Assembly: GCA_000004985.1 (NCBI GenBank)
Contig: GG738848.1
From: Naegleria gruberi
Taxonomy: Eukaryota
Strand: one strand, 5' to 3'
Length of the DNA: 64,000 bases
The position numbers and the translations under genes were made by a program. The notes beneath the pieces are model-generated. The model was given only the letters and a program-made list of their open reading frames with translations. It searched no databases and had not been told where the DNA came from. This document shows positions 20,933-30,800 of this stretch, piece by piece (positions within the stretch are counted from its first letter, which is position 1; each line of letters starts with the position of its first letter).

Positions 20933-21670
20933 TTATTCACTTTCATTAATTGGCTTGATCTCATCATCTTCTAATTCTTGATTTCCATTCTTATTCTTCT
21001 TCATCTTGTTGATCACTCTACGGACAAGTCCCAATACTTTCAATGCGATGAAACTCATCACAATGAAACCACCATTAAGCATCATGACAATAAAAACCTT
21101 CCTTGGAATGTAAGTGACATTTGGTGGAACCATTGTTAAATCATTGAAATTATTAAGGAAACAATAATATTTCGTAAGGGGTTGCATACTTGCCAATACT
21201 TCATTGGCCAATGAAAAACTTGTGGTAACAACGCCTGAATAGAGAACTCCATCACTCGGAGTGTTGACCATTGATACTAGCCAAGCTGGTGAATAACAAG
21301 ATCCTCCAATAGAGCACGTCTCTGCACTCTTTGGAATCGTACGCCTATCAGATTCTTCTCTCGAATAGACCGGTGTAATAATTGTCTCTGAATTTTGATA
21401 ATACAATGATTTCAGATGAATTGGAGTAACAAAATTGAATTCTCTCTTTGCAATCTCACAATCATAAGCAGTACATCTGTGCTCATTCAATGAGGATAAA
21501 ATCATCTCACACGAACGAATGGTTTCCGTATTTTCCAATCCATATTGTCGGAAAAACTCTGTCAATATATAAGTAAATACCACAATGGAAACAATTAGAG
21601 TCATTAAGAGAATGAACCGAATAGGATCCTTCCTTGCCAATTCCTTAATCTGCTCCAATTTATCTAACAT
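20933..21670 (-). CDS. Hypothetical two-TM membrane protein.
   Basis: The 245-aa ORF has hydrophobic helices near the N-terminus (RFILLMTLIVSIVVFTYILTEFF) and near the C-terminus (VFIVMMLNGGFIVMSFIALKVLGLV). The tail is acidic. Confidence 0.35.
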   Translation of the reverse strand: MLDKLEQIKELARKDPIRFILLMTLIVSIVVFTYILTEFFRQYGLENTETIRSCEMILSSLNEHRCTAYDCEIAKREFNFVTPIHLKSLYYQNSETIITPVYSREESDRRTIPKSAETCSIGGSCYSPAWLVSMVNTPSDGVLYSGVVTTSFSLANEVLASMQPLTKYYCFLNNFNDLTMVPPNVTYIPRKVFIVMMLNGGFIVMSFIALKVLGLVRRVINKMKKNKNGNQELEDDEIKPINESE

Positions 21671-22338
21671 TGATTTTTTTCTTTTTGATTTTAAAATCGC
21701 GAATTTCCATTGAGCTTAATACTATTTCCAACCAACTTCCAAGATAAAGCTAGTTCGTGTAACTAGTTAAAGATATTACGGCATGTTACCTGTTGTTGTT
21801 TTTTAAAAGATTTGGAAAACGATCAAGCTTCTTATTATCGAGAGTTAAGATAACATGATGTGCCACCATGCCAATTTTAAGATCAATCCACTGATATCAA
21901 AGCCAACAAGCCCAAACTCAAGAAGTGTTAATGTTGAATGGTTATGTGAATGCTCATGTGTAACTCAAGTGCCCTAACTTCCTTATACTCAGTCAATTAC
22001 AACAGATCTACCCAAACTTTTCTTTTCTTGTTCAATATTTTCAATATTCTTGATAGGAAACAATAGACAATATATTGTTTTAATTTCACTCTACAGGAAC
22101 ACCTTTGGGACTTCATTCTTCCACAATCAAGAGCAAGTTTTCCGGTTGTAAATCATTCAATGAAATTGAGAGAGGATTCGTATAGGAGTTTGTTTCTAAT
22201 GTTTCTAATGATGAGAAGAGAAAAAATCTTGGTCACCACTTGGATATGAGCCCGATGAAAAGGCAAATATCAAGGTTGACTAACCGATTTGTGTTAAAAC
22301 TAATCAAAAAAAAATAATCAAACATCTGACACTTTCAC

Positions 22339-24897
22339 ATGACATCCGTCAATAAGAACAAGGCTCTGTTTGAAAAGCTGGATGCCAGCGCAGCCAAAGA
22401 CCAGCACATTTTGAATGGTGGAGCTACAACTACTGTACAAAAGAAACCATCATCAATTTCAACATCCAATAATTCGTCTAGTTTCGGCAAAGCAAAATCA
22501 TCAAATAATAATAATACTAAAACAACCAATAATAATAATACCAAAACGACAAATTCATCATCCACTTCATCATCATCCTTTCTAAACAAGACTAATAGTT
22601 CACCATCATTGAAATCGAATAATAATTCGAATAGTGCTTCAGCAACCAAGACCACACCAACTCCACCTCCTTTCAAACAAACCACCACAACTCCCACTGC
22701 GCCACCAAAAACCAGCACAGTTTCCACCACTTCTGTCAATTCACTCAACAAACTATCAACCAACAGTCAATCAAGTCCAACCTTGAAAAGTACTTCAACC
22801 ACCAGCAGCAGTATTAACAGTCCTAGTGGTAGCACACGTAAAGCACCTCCTCCACCATCATCCTCTTCATCATCAGCATCATCAACTTCTCCTAAACTGC
22901 CATCAACACCAAGTACGTCAGCCATCAAAAAAACATCAAACACTCCAAGTACTCCAAGCACACCAATTTCTGCACTTGTGGACAATGATTACTTTAGTTC
23001 AATTACTAAAGATGTTCCAAAGAGTGAAATTAAAATATCTGGTCCTAAAGGATTGACACACGTTGGTCATGCCTCAACTAATGATCCAACTGCATTGTTT
23101 AAGAAAAATGCTCGATCTCAAACGATTACTGGTGGAGAACTTTCGAATAGTTCAACAAAGAAGAGGGATGGAGTGAGTTTTGATGTTCCTGTAAGTGAAA
23201 AGAGTGAAAAGAAGGATGGAGAAGCATCTGGTTCGAGTGCTAAACAAGTTTTGAATCAGGCAACTGATAAATTGAAAAGTGGAATGTCCAAGATGACCAA
23301 TTTGGTCAAGACTACTTGGGCTGCTGTTGGAAATGATAGTCCATCTACTCCAACCAGTAGCTCCAGCTCTAGTGGTAGTAGCTTAACAAGTTCTAAGAAA
23401 TCAAAGCCAAAGAAATTGCCACCAGTTCCAAAACCTGCAAATTCAGTTCGTGTTGCAAATACCAAAGTTGTGAGTATTTACATTCCAGAGAATGATGCTT
23501 CCGAACATGATCGTGAATTGGAAAAGACCAGAACTGAATTGGAAAAGAGAAAGACCATGATGAACGAGAAAATTAAGGAAGAGGAAAAGAAGAAATTAGC
23601 AGAAATGAAACAAAATATTCTCCAAGAGGAGCAAGCCAAGAAGAAACAATTGGAAGAAACATTACAAAAGGAAGAACGTGCCAAATTGGAAAAACTTGAA
23701 AAGGAACTAGCCAGTTTATCAGACCAAAAGAGAGAAGAACAACTTAAACAATTGAGAAATGAAGAAGCCAGAAGAAAGGAGAAAATGCTCTCTGATTTGG
23801 ACAGAGATGCCAAGACTAAGATTAAGGAAATCGATAGTCAAGTTCGTGCTGAAAAAGAAGATCGTTTGAGACAACTCGAAGAGGAAATGAGAAAAGAAGA
23901 AGCTCTTGCCAGAAAGGACATTGAAAAGAAATTCAAGGAAGAGGAATTGAAAAAGAAACAAGAACTTCAAGCCAAGATTGAAAAGGAAGAAAAGGAAATG
24001 TTGCAACGTATTCAAAAGAAACTCCAGGAAGAGGAAGAAAGAAAACTCAAAGAGCTCGCTCGTAAAATGGAAGAAGAAGAACAGCAACGATTGGAAAAGA
24101 TTAAAGCCAACTTGAAAGAGATTGAAAATGCTAAAAAGCAAACACCTCAACATCAAGAAGTTTCACAATTGAGAAGAAAGTCAGTCACTGCTCGTCTCAT
24201 GCAGGAAGAAGAAGAAAAGATCAAACAATTAAGTCAACAAATTAAACAAGAAGAAATGAAACGAATTGAAGAATTGGAAAAGAAGATGAAACAAGAAGAA
24301 CAAGAAAGAAAGCAAAGAATGAAACAAGAACTCGAACGTCTCGAAGACGAACAACGTCAACTCTTAATGCAACAATTGGAAGAAGAGAAACGAAAGCTCC
24401 AAGAAAAATTCCAAAAGGAAGCCGAAAAGGAAGCTGAGGAACACCGAAAGAAACTCCTAGCTCAAAATTCTGCAATCATTTCGAATAATGTTTCAGTTCC
24501 ACCACCTCCTCCATCTTCTTCATCATCAGGTTCTATTCCTCCACCTCCAGGTGGTAGCTCTCTTCCACCTCCACCTCCAACTGCCATTCTTCCTGTCTCT
24601 ACTCCAAAAATTGAAATTCACATTGATTTACCAGAACTCTCTGGAAGAGGTGACTTGTTAGAAAGTATCAGAAAGGGAGCTAGTTTAAAGAAAGTCACTA
24701 CAGAACAAATCAGCAAACCTCAATCCTCAGGAAATGCCATCACTAACATGCTCAAAAAAGCCCTCGACCAAAAACGAATTCACATGGCAGACGAAAGTGA
24801 TGAAGAAGAAAGTGAAGACGAAGATGATGAATGGGATTCAGAAGCTCACAATTTAATTGAATCTAAAAAGAAATCATTAGTCAACTCTGATGAATAA
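22339..24897 (+). CDS. WASP-family actin nucleation-promoting factor-like protein with CRIB-like motif, long E/K-rich coiled coil, poly-Pro, WH2 and acidic Trp-containing tail. No WH1 domain is evident.
   Basis: The 852-aa ORF starts with an S/T/N-rich low-complexity N-terminus. The CRIB-like motif is IKISGPKGLTHVGHAS. A coiled-coil region of about 400 aa is rich in E, K, R and Q. The poly-Pro block is PPPPPSSSSSGSIPPPPGGSSLPPPPP. The WH2 motif is GRGDLLESIRKGASLKKV. The acidic tail with a conserved Trp is DESDEEESEDEDDEWDSE, an Arp2/3-binding A-region signature. Confidence 0.55.
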   Translation: MTSVNKNKALFEKLDASAAKDQHILNGGATTTVQKKPSSISTSNNSSSFGKAKSSNNNNTKTTNNNNTKTTNSSSTSSSSFLNKTNSSPSLKSNNNSNSASATKTTPTPPPFKQTTTTPTAPPKTSTVSTTSVNSLNKLSTNSQSSPTLKSTSTTSSSINSPSGSTRKAPPPPSSSSSSASSTSPKLPSTPSTSAIKKTSNTPSTPSTPISALVDNDYFSSITKDVPKSEIKISGPKGLTHVGHASTNDPTALFKKNARSQTITGGELSNSSTKKRDGVSFDVPVSEKSEKKDGEASGSSAKQVLNQATDKLKSGMSKMTNLVKTTWAAVGNDSPSTPTSSSSSSGSSLTSSKKSKPKKLPPVPKPANSVRVANTKVVSIYIPENDASEHDRELEKTRTELEKRKTMMNEKIKEEEKKKLAEMKQNILQEEQAKKKQLEETLQKEERAKLEKLEKELASLSDQKREEQLKQLRNEEARRKEKMLSDLDRDAKTKIKEIDSQVRAEKEDRLRQLEEEMRKEEALARKDIEKKFKEEELKKKQELQAKIEKEEKEMLQRIQKKLQEEEERKLKELARKMEEEEQQRLEKIKANLKEIENAKKQTPQHQEVSQLRRKSVTARLMQEEEEKIKQLSQQIKQEEMKRIEELEKKMKQEEQERKQRMKQELERLEDEQRQLLMQQLEEEKRKLQEKFQKEAEKEAEEHRKKLLAQNSAIISNNVSVPPPPPSSSSSGSIPPPPGGSSLPPPPPTAILPVSTPKIEIHIDLPELSGRGDLLESIRKGASLKKVTTEQISKPQSSGNAITNMLKKALDQKRIHMADESDEEESEDEDDEWDSEAHNLIESKKKSLVNSDE

Positions 24898-24993
24898 AAA
24901 ATTCAAGTAACACAAATAATAAATTTATAGTTTACAAAAAATTAGCGCGCCCAAAACTTTCCACCAAAATTTAGAAAATCAAAATCAAAAAAA

Positions 24994-25896
24994 ATGCCAA
25001 AAGCCGCCAGCAAAAAATCCACAGAATCAAATTCTTCGTCATCACCAAGCACTTCACAGAAGACAACTGCTCCTGCTGTAAAACCACTCACCAAGCCAAA
25101 GATTAAATCCTTTCCGTGCGCACCAGCTTTTGAATGTAAAAGTGGTGAATTATTGTGGGGTCAACTTCAACACATGATCAAAGGCTCTTCGGCTACGAGT
25201 CATGATACTTCGAATGGTCCGATCACTTCAGGATTTGGAGGAGGAACCATTTTGCAGAGCACTTTTAGATATAGATTGGCTGCTAGGAAGGGAAATTGGA
25301 TTGTGGAGAGATTTGAATCGGAGAGTGGTTTTGGATTTGTTGTTCATCATGAAGATTTGAGTGGACAGGAATTGTTGGATCGATGTGCAAAGATTGGTAT
25401 TTCGAATGGACAGACACACGATGATCACAATATTGTCTATGTGAATCGTTATGATTGGAGTTATCACAGTGGAGATCAAGATGAAGTTTCGAGGGAGGTC
25501 AAGCAATTTATTACTCCACCAAAGAAGAGTAAGAAGAAGAGTGATTCAAGTGATGAGGAAGATGACTTCTCATGTGACGATAATGAATTTTTGGATGAAA
25601 TTGGTCAACTCTTTGCTGGTAGATTGATTTTGTTGGATGCTCCTGAATACCAATCATATATGAAATTGGTTGCTTCTGGTAAACATCCTGAGAATGGAGA
25701 TTGTGTACAATTTAAATCATCTACTGGAACTTTTTGTGGTGCTCATCTTTCAGATGCAGATACAGAATATGAGTTAGGTTGGATGATTTTCTCTGGTGAA
25801 AAGCATAAGGATTTCCCACAAGATGATGAATTTGTAGGATTTGTCTATGATTCTTCATATTGTGGATTGGAAGAGGGTCCTTTCACTATTGTATAA
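24994..25896 (+). CDS. Hypothetical protein.
   Basis: The 300-aa ORF starts at ATG. It has an S/T-rich N-terminus and an acidic SDEEDD patch. No recognisable domain was found. Confidence 0.35.
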   Translation: MPKAASKKSTESNSSSSPSTSQKTTAPAVKPLTKPKIKSFPCAPAFECKSGELLWGQLQHMIKGSSATSHDTSNGPITSGFGGGTILQSTFRYRLAARKGNWIVERFESESGFGFVVHHEDLSGQELLDRCAKIGISNGQTHDDHNIVYVNRYDWSYHSGDQDEVSREVKQFITPPKKSKKKSDSSDEEDDFSCDDNEFLDEIGQLFAGRLILLDAPEYQSYMKLVASGKHPENGDCVQFKSSTGTFCGAHLSDADTEYELGWMIFSGEKHKDFPQDDEFVGFVYDSSYCGLEEGPFTIV

Positions 25897-26331
25897 TAAT
25901 ATTGTAAAGTTTTAATTTTTACTGTAAATTGCCTTTATTGACATGTTTCTTGGCTAATTGAATTTACATTTAGTCGGGCCATTCAAAATTTAAAACAATT
26001 GTGTGGTGAGGTTCTAAAAGTGAAGGATAATTGAAAATTTTGGCATTTATCCAATATGTCCAATAAGTTTTAACCTAAAACAAATCCCTCGCACAAAACT
26101 CTGCTGCAGAATAATAGAAAAAAAACACCATGCTTCATTTCATCCTGTTGTTATTGCAACTTGTATTCAGTTCATTCTCGTTTTTTGAGATTTTGGATGA
26201 TGAGTTGATTTATGGTGATCACCAGCAGGAGAGTATTGATTCTTTGCCAGATTTATAAATTCCCGTTCTGAAATCTTTTGCCTTATTTTGAAGAAATTTG
26301 TGTATTGTACAATTTATTTCAAAGATGACAC

Positions 26332-27340
26332 TTAATAATCATCCAGTCCAACATTATGACATTTAATATTAATGTCACACAACTGTTTCTTTTCACTCAT
26401 TTGACTAAGGTTCTTTTTGAATAACACTTTGCGTCCTTTTACAAGTTGATAAAGAGGATAATCAAAGTTCTTAATATATTCTGCAAGCTCATAGAAACCT
26501 CGATCTTTGGCAATTAACTCTGGACTCTTCTCCAGAGAACAAGACTTGTTCTTATCACATCCCTTCTTCAATAAATATTTCACTACTGAAAAGAATCCAA
26601 AATTTGCTGCAATCCAAACAGATGTCTTCACACAAGTTAACTTATAGATAACAATTTGATACTTACTTGCTTTGACTGGTTTCGGTGGTATTAAAATTGA
26701 TATTAATAAGGTATTTCATTATTACTTACTGGCTGTAACCATGAAAAGTAACCATGAAAAATCCACAATTATTAATAGTCATTGTATAAAATAGTGTTGG
26801 TTTTAAAATTAGTGATAGGATTAAACTTACTCCATTGACTTCATCTAGTCTAGATCCTTGTTGAACAAGAACTTTCACAAGTGGTAACATTCCCTTTGCA
26901 CAAGCAGAATATAAAGGAGTTCTATTGAAACACTTATCATAGGTATTGACCAATTCTGAGAGTGGAAGAATCTTCGACTTGCTGCTTGGACCTTCATGTT
27001 GATGTTGTTGCTGTTTTGAAAGAAAATTAAAGATAGATTCAATCTTGAGCACATCACCCTTCTCTATCCAATAAACAGTCTTGAAAATTAAATATTCCAA
27101 ATTAACGTCTTCCATAGGTTGTGTTTGGCCGTTTGCATTTGTTTGAACAATCCCTGCATCTCTTAAGGCATTCATCTGATGAATATTAATAGCTTCTTGG
27201 TCATTCTCCAGAGTTTGTTGATTCGGTTGGTTTCTTACTCTCAAGCCAGCTCCACCACTCGTAGTAGATGAAACTCTTCCATTAGTAGTTGCCATTTGTC
27301 TCGTAGCCGCTCTAGCCGGTTGTTGTCCTCCTTGATTCAT
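26332..27340 (-). CDS. Ankyrin-repeat protein with two exons, 27340..26831 and 26640..26332.
   Basis: Exon 1 ends DEVNG directly before a GTAAGT donor at 26830 on the minus strand. An acceptor (tatctataAG) ends at 26641. The splice is in frame at phase 0 and joins to LTCVKTSVWIAANFGFFSVVKYLLKKGCDKNK, which is ankyrin consensus. An upstream ankyrin repeat is TPLYSACAKGMLPLVKVLVQQGSRLD. The tool's M at 26631 is actually a GTG. Confidence 0.5.
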
Positions 27341-27817
27341 CCTCTATTGTTCCTTCCTTAACAAGCCTTAAATTTTTTTTCAGTTAATTTTTGTATTCGT
27401 TGTTGTTCGCCTCAATGATGATGAAAAATAAGCGCTGAGGTTCAAAGCAAGAAGATGGTTGTTGTTTTTTTTCTTAATGTTGTTTGCAAGTCCTTTTTAA
27501 TAATAGCATTTTGGCGCCTTATTTGCAAATAGAGATCCACCACAGCCGTCGTTCAATTGTTTGGATTGGAATATAAAATTTGTTGAGGATGTTATTGTTT
27601 GAATTTCATGGTTGGAAACATGGAATTAGATTGTATGGAGTGTATTTTTAAAGTCTGTTCACTCGTTCAATTATTTGTTTCTTTAACAATAAGAATCTGT
27701 TTGTGGTAATTTTTTGCATTGTATTGAAATTGTTGATTGGTGAAAAGTGGTCTGTTTGAATATGTAAATCTTGTAACAATTATGGTGTGGATTCATTACA
27801 TGCTTTCAGTTTATTTT

Positions 27818-30800
27818 TCAAAGTCTTATTTTATCTTCGTTTTCTTCAGTTTCTTGTTGTTCTATAGCTTGTTGGTCATCAACTGGTGGATATGTTTCTT
27901 CCTTTCTATCCATGAAGAATGCCCTAGTACTGCCCATCAGGTTCAAACTATTACGAAGAGATGCATTGTGCATATTTTCAGCTCTCATTCTGGTAGATCT
28001 AAATGATGCGAACTTGGAGTTTGATTCTGGTTGACTTGTGGCTGATTGTACTTGTGTTAGTTGTTGTAAATGTTTGAAAACTTCAACTTCTACTGGATTT
28101 TCATGATCTACATTATGAATTACAGACCCTCCAAAACTGACATGAGCATTAGAATCTGCACCTTCCTCTTGATGAGGGAAAATTTCAAGTGGATCAACGT
28201 GATGTTTCTTCTTGAGTAAGTAGGTCTGGCAAAGTCCTTTTCCTTTCACATCAATTTTCCGTTCCTCAAATTCCATTCCCAAATCGTGAACTCTTTCATA
28301 GGTAGTTCTAGAAATTTGGATACGACCTGGTTCTCCTGTTGATTCCATTCTTGAGGCAGTATTGATGGTATCTCCCCACAAGTCGTAGGCAAACTTTTTG
28401 ATTCCAATCACACCAGCAACAACTGGTCCTGTATGTAGGCCGACACGAATGTTTACATTGGTATTCTCGCTGCAATTGTATTCCTTGATTACCTGAAGTG
28501 TATCAATGGCGAATCTCAATGACCTTTCAGGGTGATCTGATTGAGCATTCAAATCAATACCTCCAACACAAAAGTAAGCATCTCCAATGGTTTTAATCTT
28601 TTCCAAATTATACTTTTCAGTGAGCAAATCAAATCCATTCACAATAGCATTCAACATTAATACAAGTTCAGATGGATTCATTCCAGAACTAATTCTTGTA
28701 AACCCAACCATGTCAGAGAAGAATACAGTTACATCATTGAATTTTTCAGCAATGAATGTCTCTCCTCCCTTCAATTTGGAAGCAACACTCTCTGGCATGA
28801 TATTCAACAATAACTGTTCAGATTTCTTCTTCTCTTCAGCTAGTAACATGTTTTGCTTCTTCTCAGGTGTGAAATCCTTGATGAAACAACTAATAACTGG
28901 CTTCTTGTTGAAAATACTAACAAACAAATTGACTTTGGAAGGGAATTTGGTTCCATTCTTTCTGTAGCATTCCAATTCAAGAGTTTCACCAAAAGGTTGT
29001 GTTGCATTGACCATTTGTTGAATAATGGTTTCCAAACGTTGTCTATTATTATCGGAAGGATCGAATAGCTTGGTGAGCTTTTCTCCTAAAACATCACTAT
29101 TAGTCATGCCAAACATCTTTTGAGCAACTGGATTGAAAAGTTCAATGTCACCTTGTGAGTTACACAAAATGGCTCCATCAACTGCTGCATTCAAAATGGC
29201 TCTCACCTTACCGTCTCCACCACTACCTTCTTCTTCGTTGGTTTGTTTCTTTGATATTCTTAATTTGCTTGGAAGATTATTGAAAAGAGCAAATTGTTTC
29301 AACTCTTCATTGGATTCCATAGCCTCAATTGGAAGGTAGTTGAGTAAACTTCTTAATTGGTTGGATTGATCCCAAATATTTTGAATTAAACCATATGTCA
29401 AATATCCTAAAATTGCTAAAATAATAAATCCAAAAACAGAAAATAGGATGGTAATGATGAGATTTGGAACTGACATTGATGATGAATAGAAAGTAAACAA
29501 GTTCAAGAATTTTTGCAACAAAATATTGCACTTGTCATCTGTAGTAAGCATTGTCTTGTAAAGGTCAATCAACTTGTAATTACTAAAGTAAACATCCTCT
29601 GAAAATGTATTACTAGCCGTAGAGAAATCAACAATTAAATCATTAATACTACTACAAGAGTAATAGGTGGTATTAGTACAGTTGGTACTTTCAAGAATAG
29701 CCGTAACTTCAGTGCTTGATGACGTAAATGAAGATTCATATTGTAAATTATTCCAATAACTTGCAAGTGATCCCGTCAGTGCCTTATTCTCATCATGGAA
29801 AGAGTCAATTTCTGAAGATGTTATCAGCCTGGGGTCATTGATACTGGAAATGTCTGCATATCTCTTGGCAATAAAAATCTCCGAAAGTCTAAATGTTATA
29901 GAGACAGAGGTGGTCATAATTTTAACACCACTTTCAATATTCTCGAGTGCAAGTATTGCTTTTTGGGAGTCTAATTGAAAATCCAAGAAAAGCATAGACA
30001 TGCAGCATACTGTCAAGAAAATAGTCGCAACAATCAAGAAGGAAACTGAAAATTGAGGTCTTTCAAATAATGTAGGATCTTTCACATCAATATCTTCACC
30101 ACTCTTTGATTCCAAGTGGTGATAGATTTTTCCAATATAGTCCTTTGTGATTGATCTTGACATGAACTTGATTGTTGACTTAATTTGTCTCAATTTAAAC
30201 GTAGAGAATGCCACAAAAACAATTGCAATAATACCATAAACAGATATCGAAATAGCATAAAAGTAAATAAACTGCTCTTGCAACATTGTGTACTGTTCCT
30301 TATTTCTTTGTAAAAATAATTCACACATGTTTGAAAAACTAGCGGTTTGAACTTTTCTATTCTTCCAGAAAAACATAAAGTTAGAAGCAGTTGTTGTGTT
30401 TGAATATGATGTCATGTCCATTGCCAAATATTCATTGGTGTTTTTGATTATAATATCATTGATTTCTGAAAGGGAGGCATTTCTCTTTTGATTGAAAGAG
30501 TCTGCACTTGTAAAGTTGTTATCATAGTAAACAACTGGTAAATAAAGATCATGAGTAGAACTGGTAAAATCAGATAGCATTCCTTTTGTGAATTTTGATG
30601 CTGATTTCTTGAGAGATTGAAGAACTGTTACATATGTTCTAACTCTTGCCTTGTGTGCTGCAAAATAGCTTGTTGTACTGTTGGATCCATTGACCATAGT
30701 TGCAGCAATATCGTTACTGTACAATGGAAACATCTTGTTAAAGTTTTGAATCATTCTAATCTCTTTTAACATGTATCTTGGGAAGAATTGTGGAATGCAA

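Noticed and set aside
22335-24475. Several antisense ORFs at 22335..22763, 22767..22985, 23256..23465, 23478..23813, 23719..24156 and 24242..24475.
   Set aside because: They overlap the low-complexity S/T-rich and E/K-rich coding sequence of the WASP-like gene. Compositional bias keeps the opposite strand open.
26631-26631. ORF-track start codons taken at face value.
   Set aside because: Several tool-reported M residues are actually GTG or TTG codons, for example at 26631, 1623, 56528 and 43261. Starts were re-derived from splice context or the first ATG instead.
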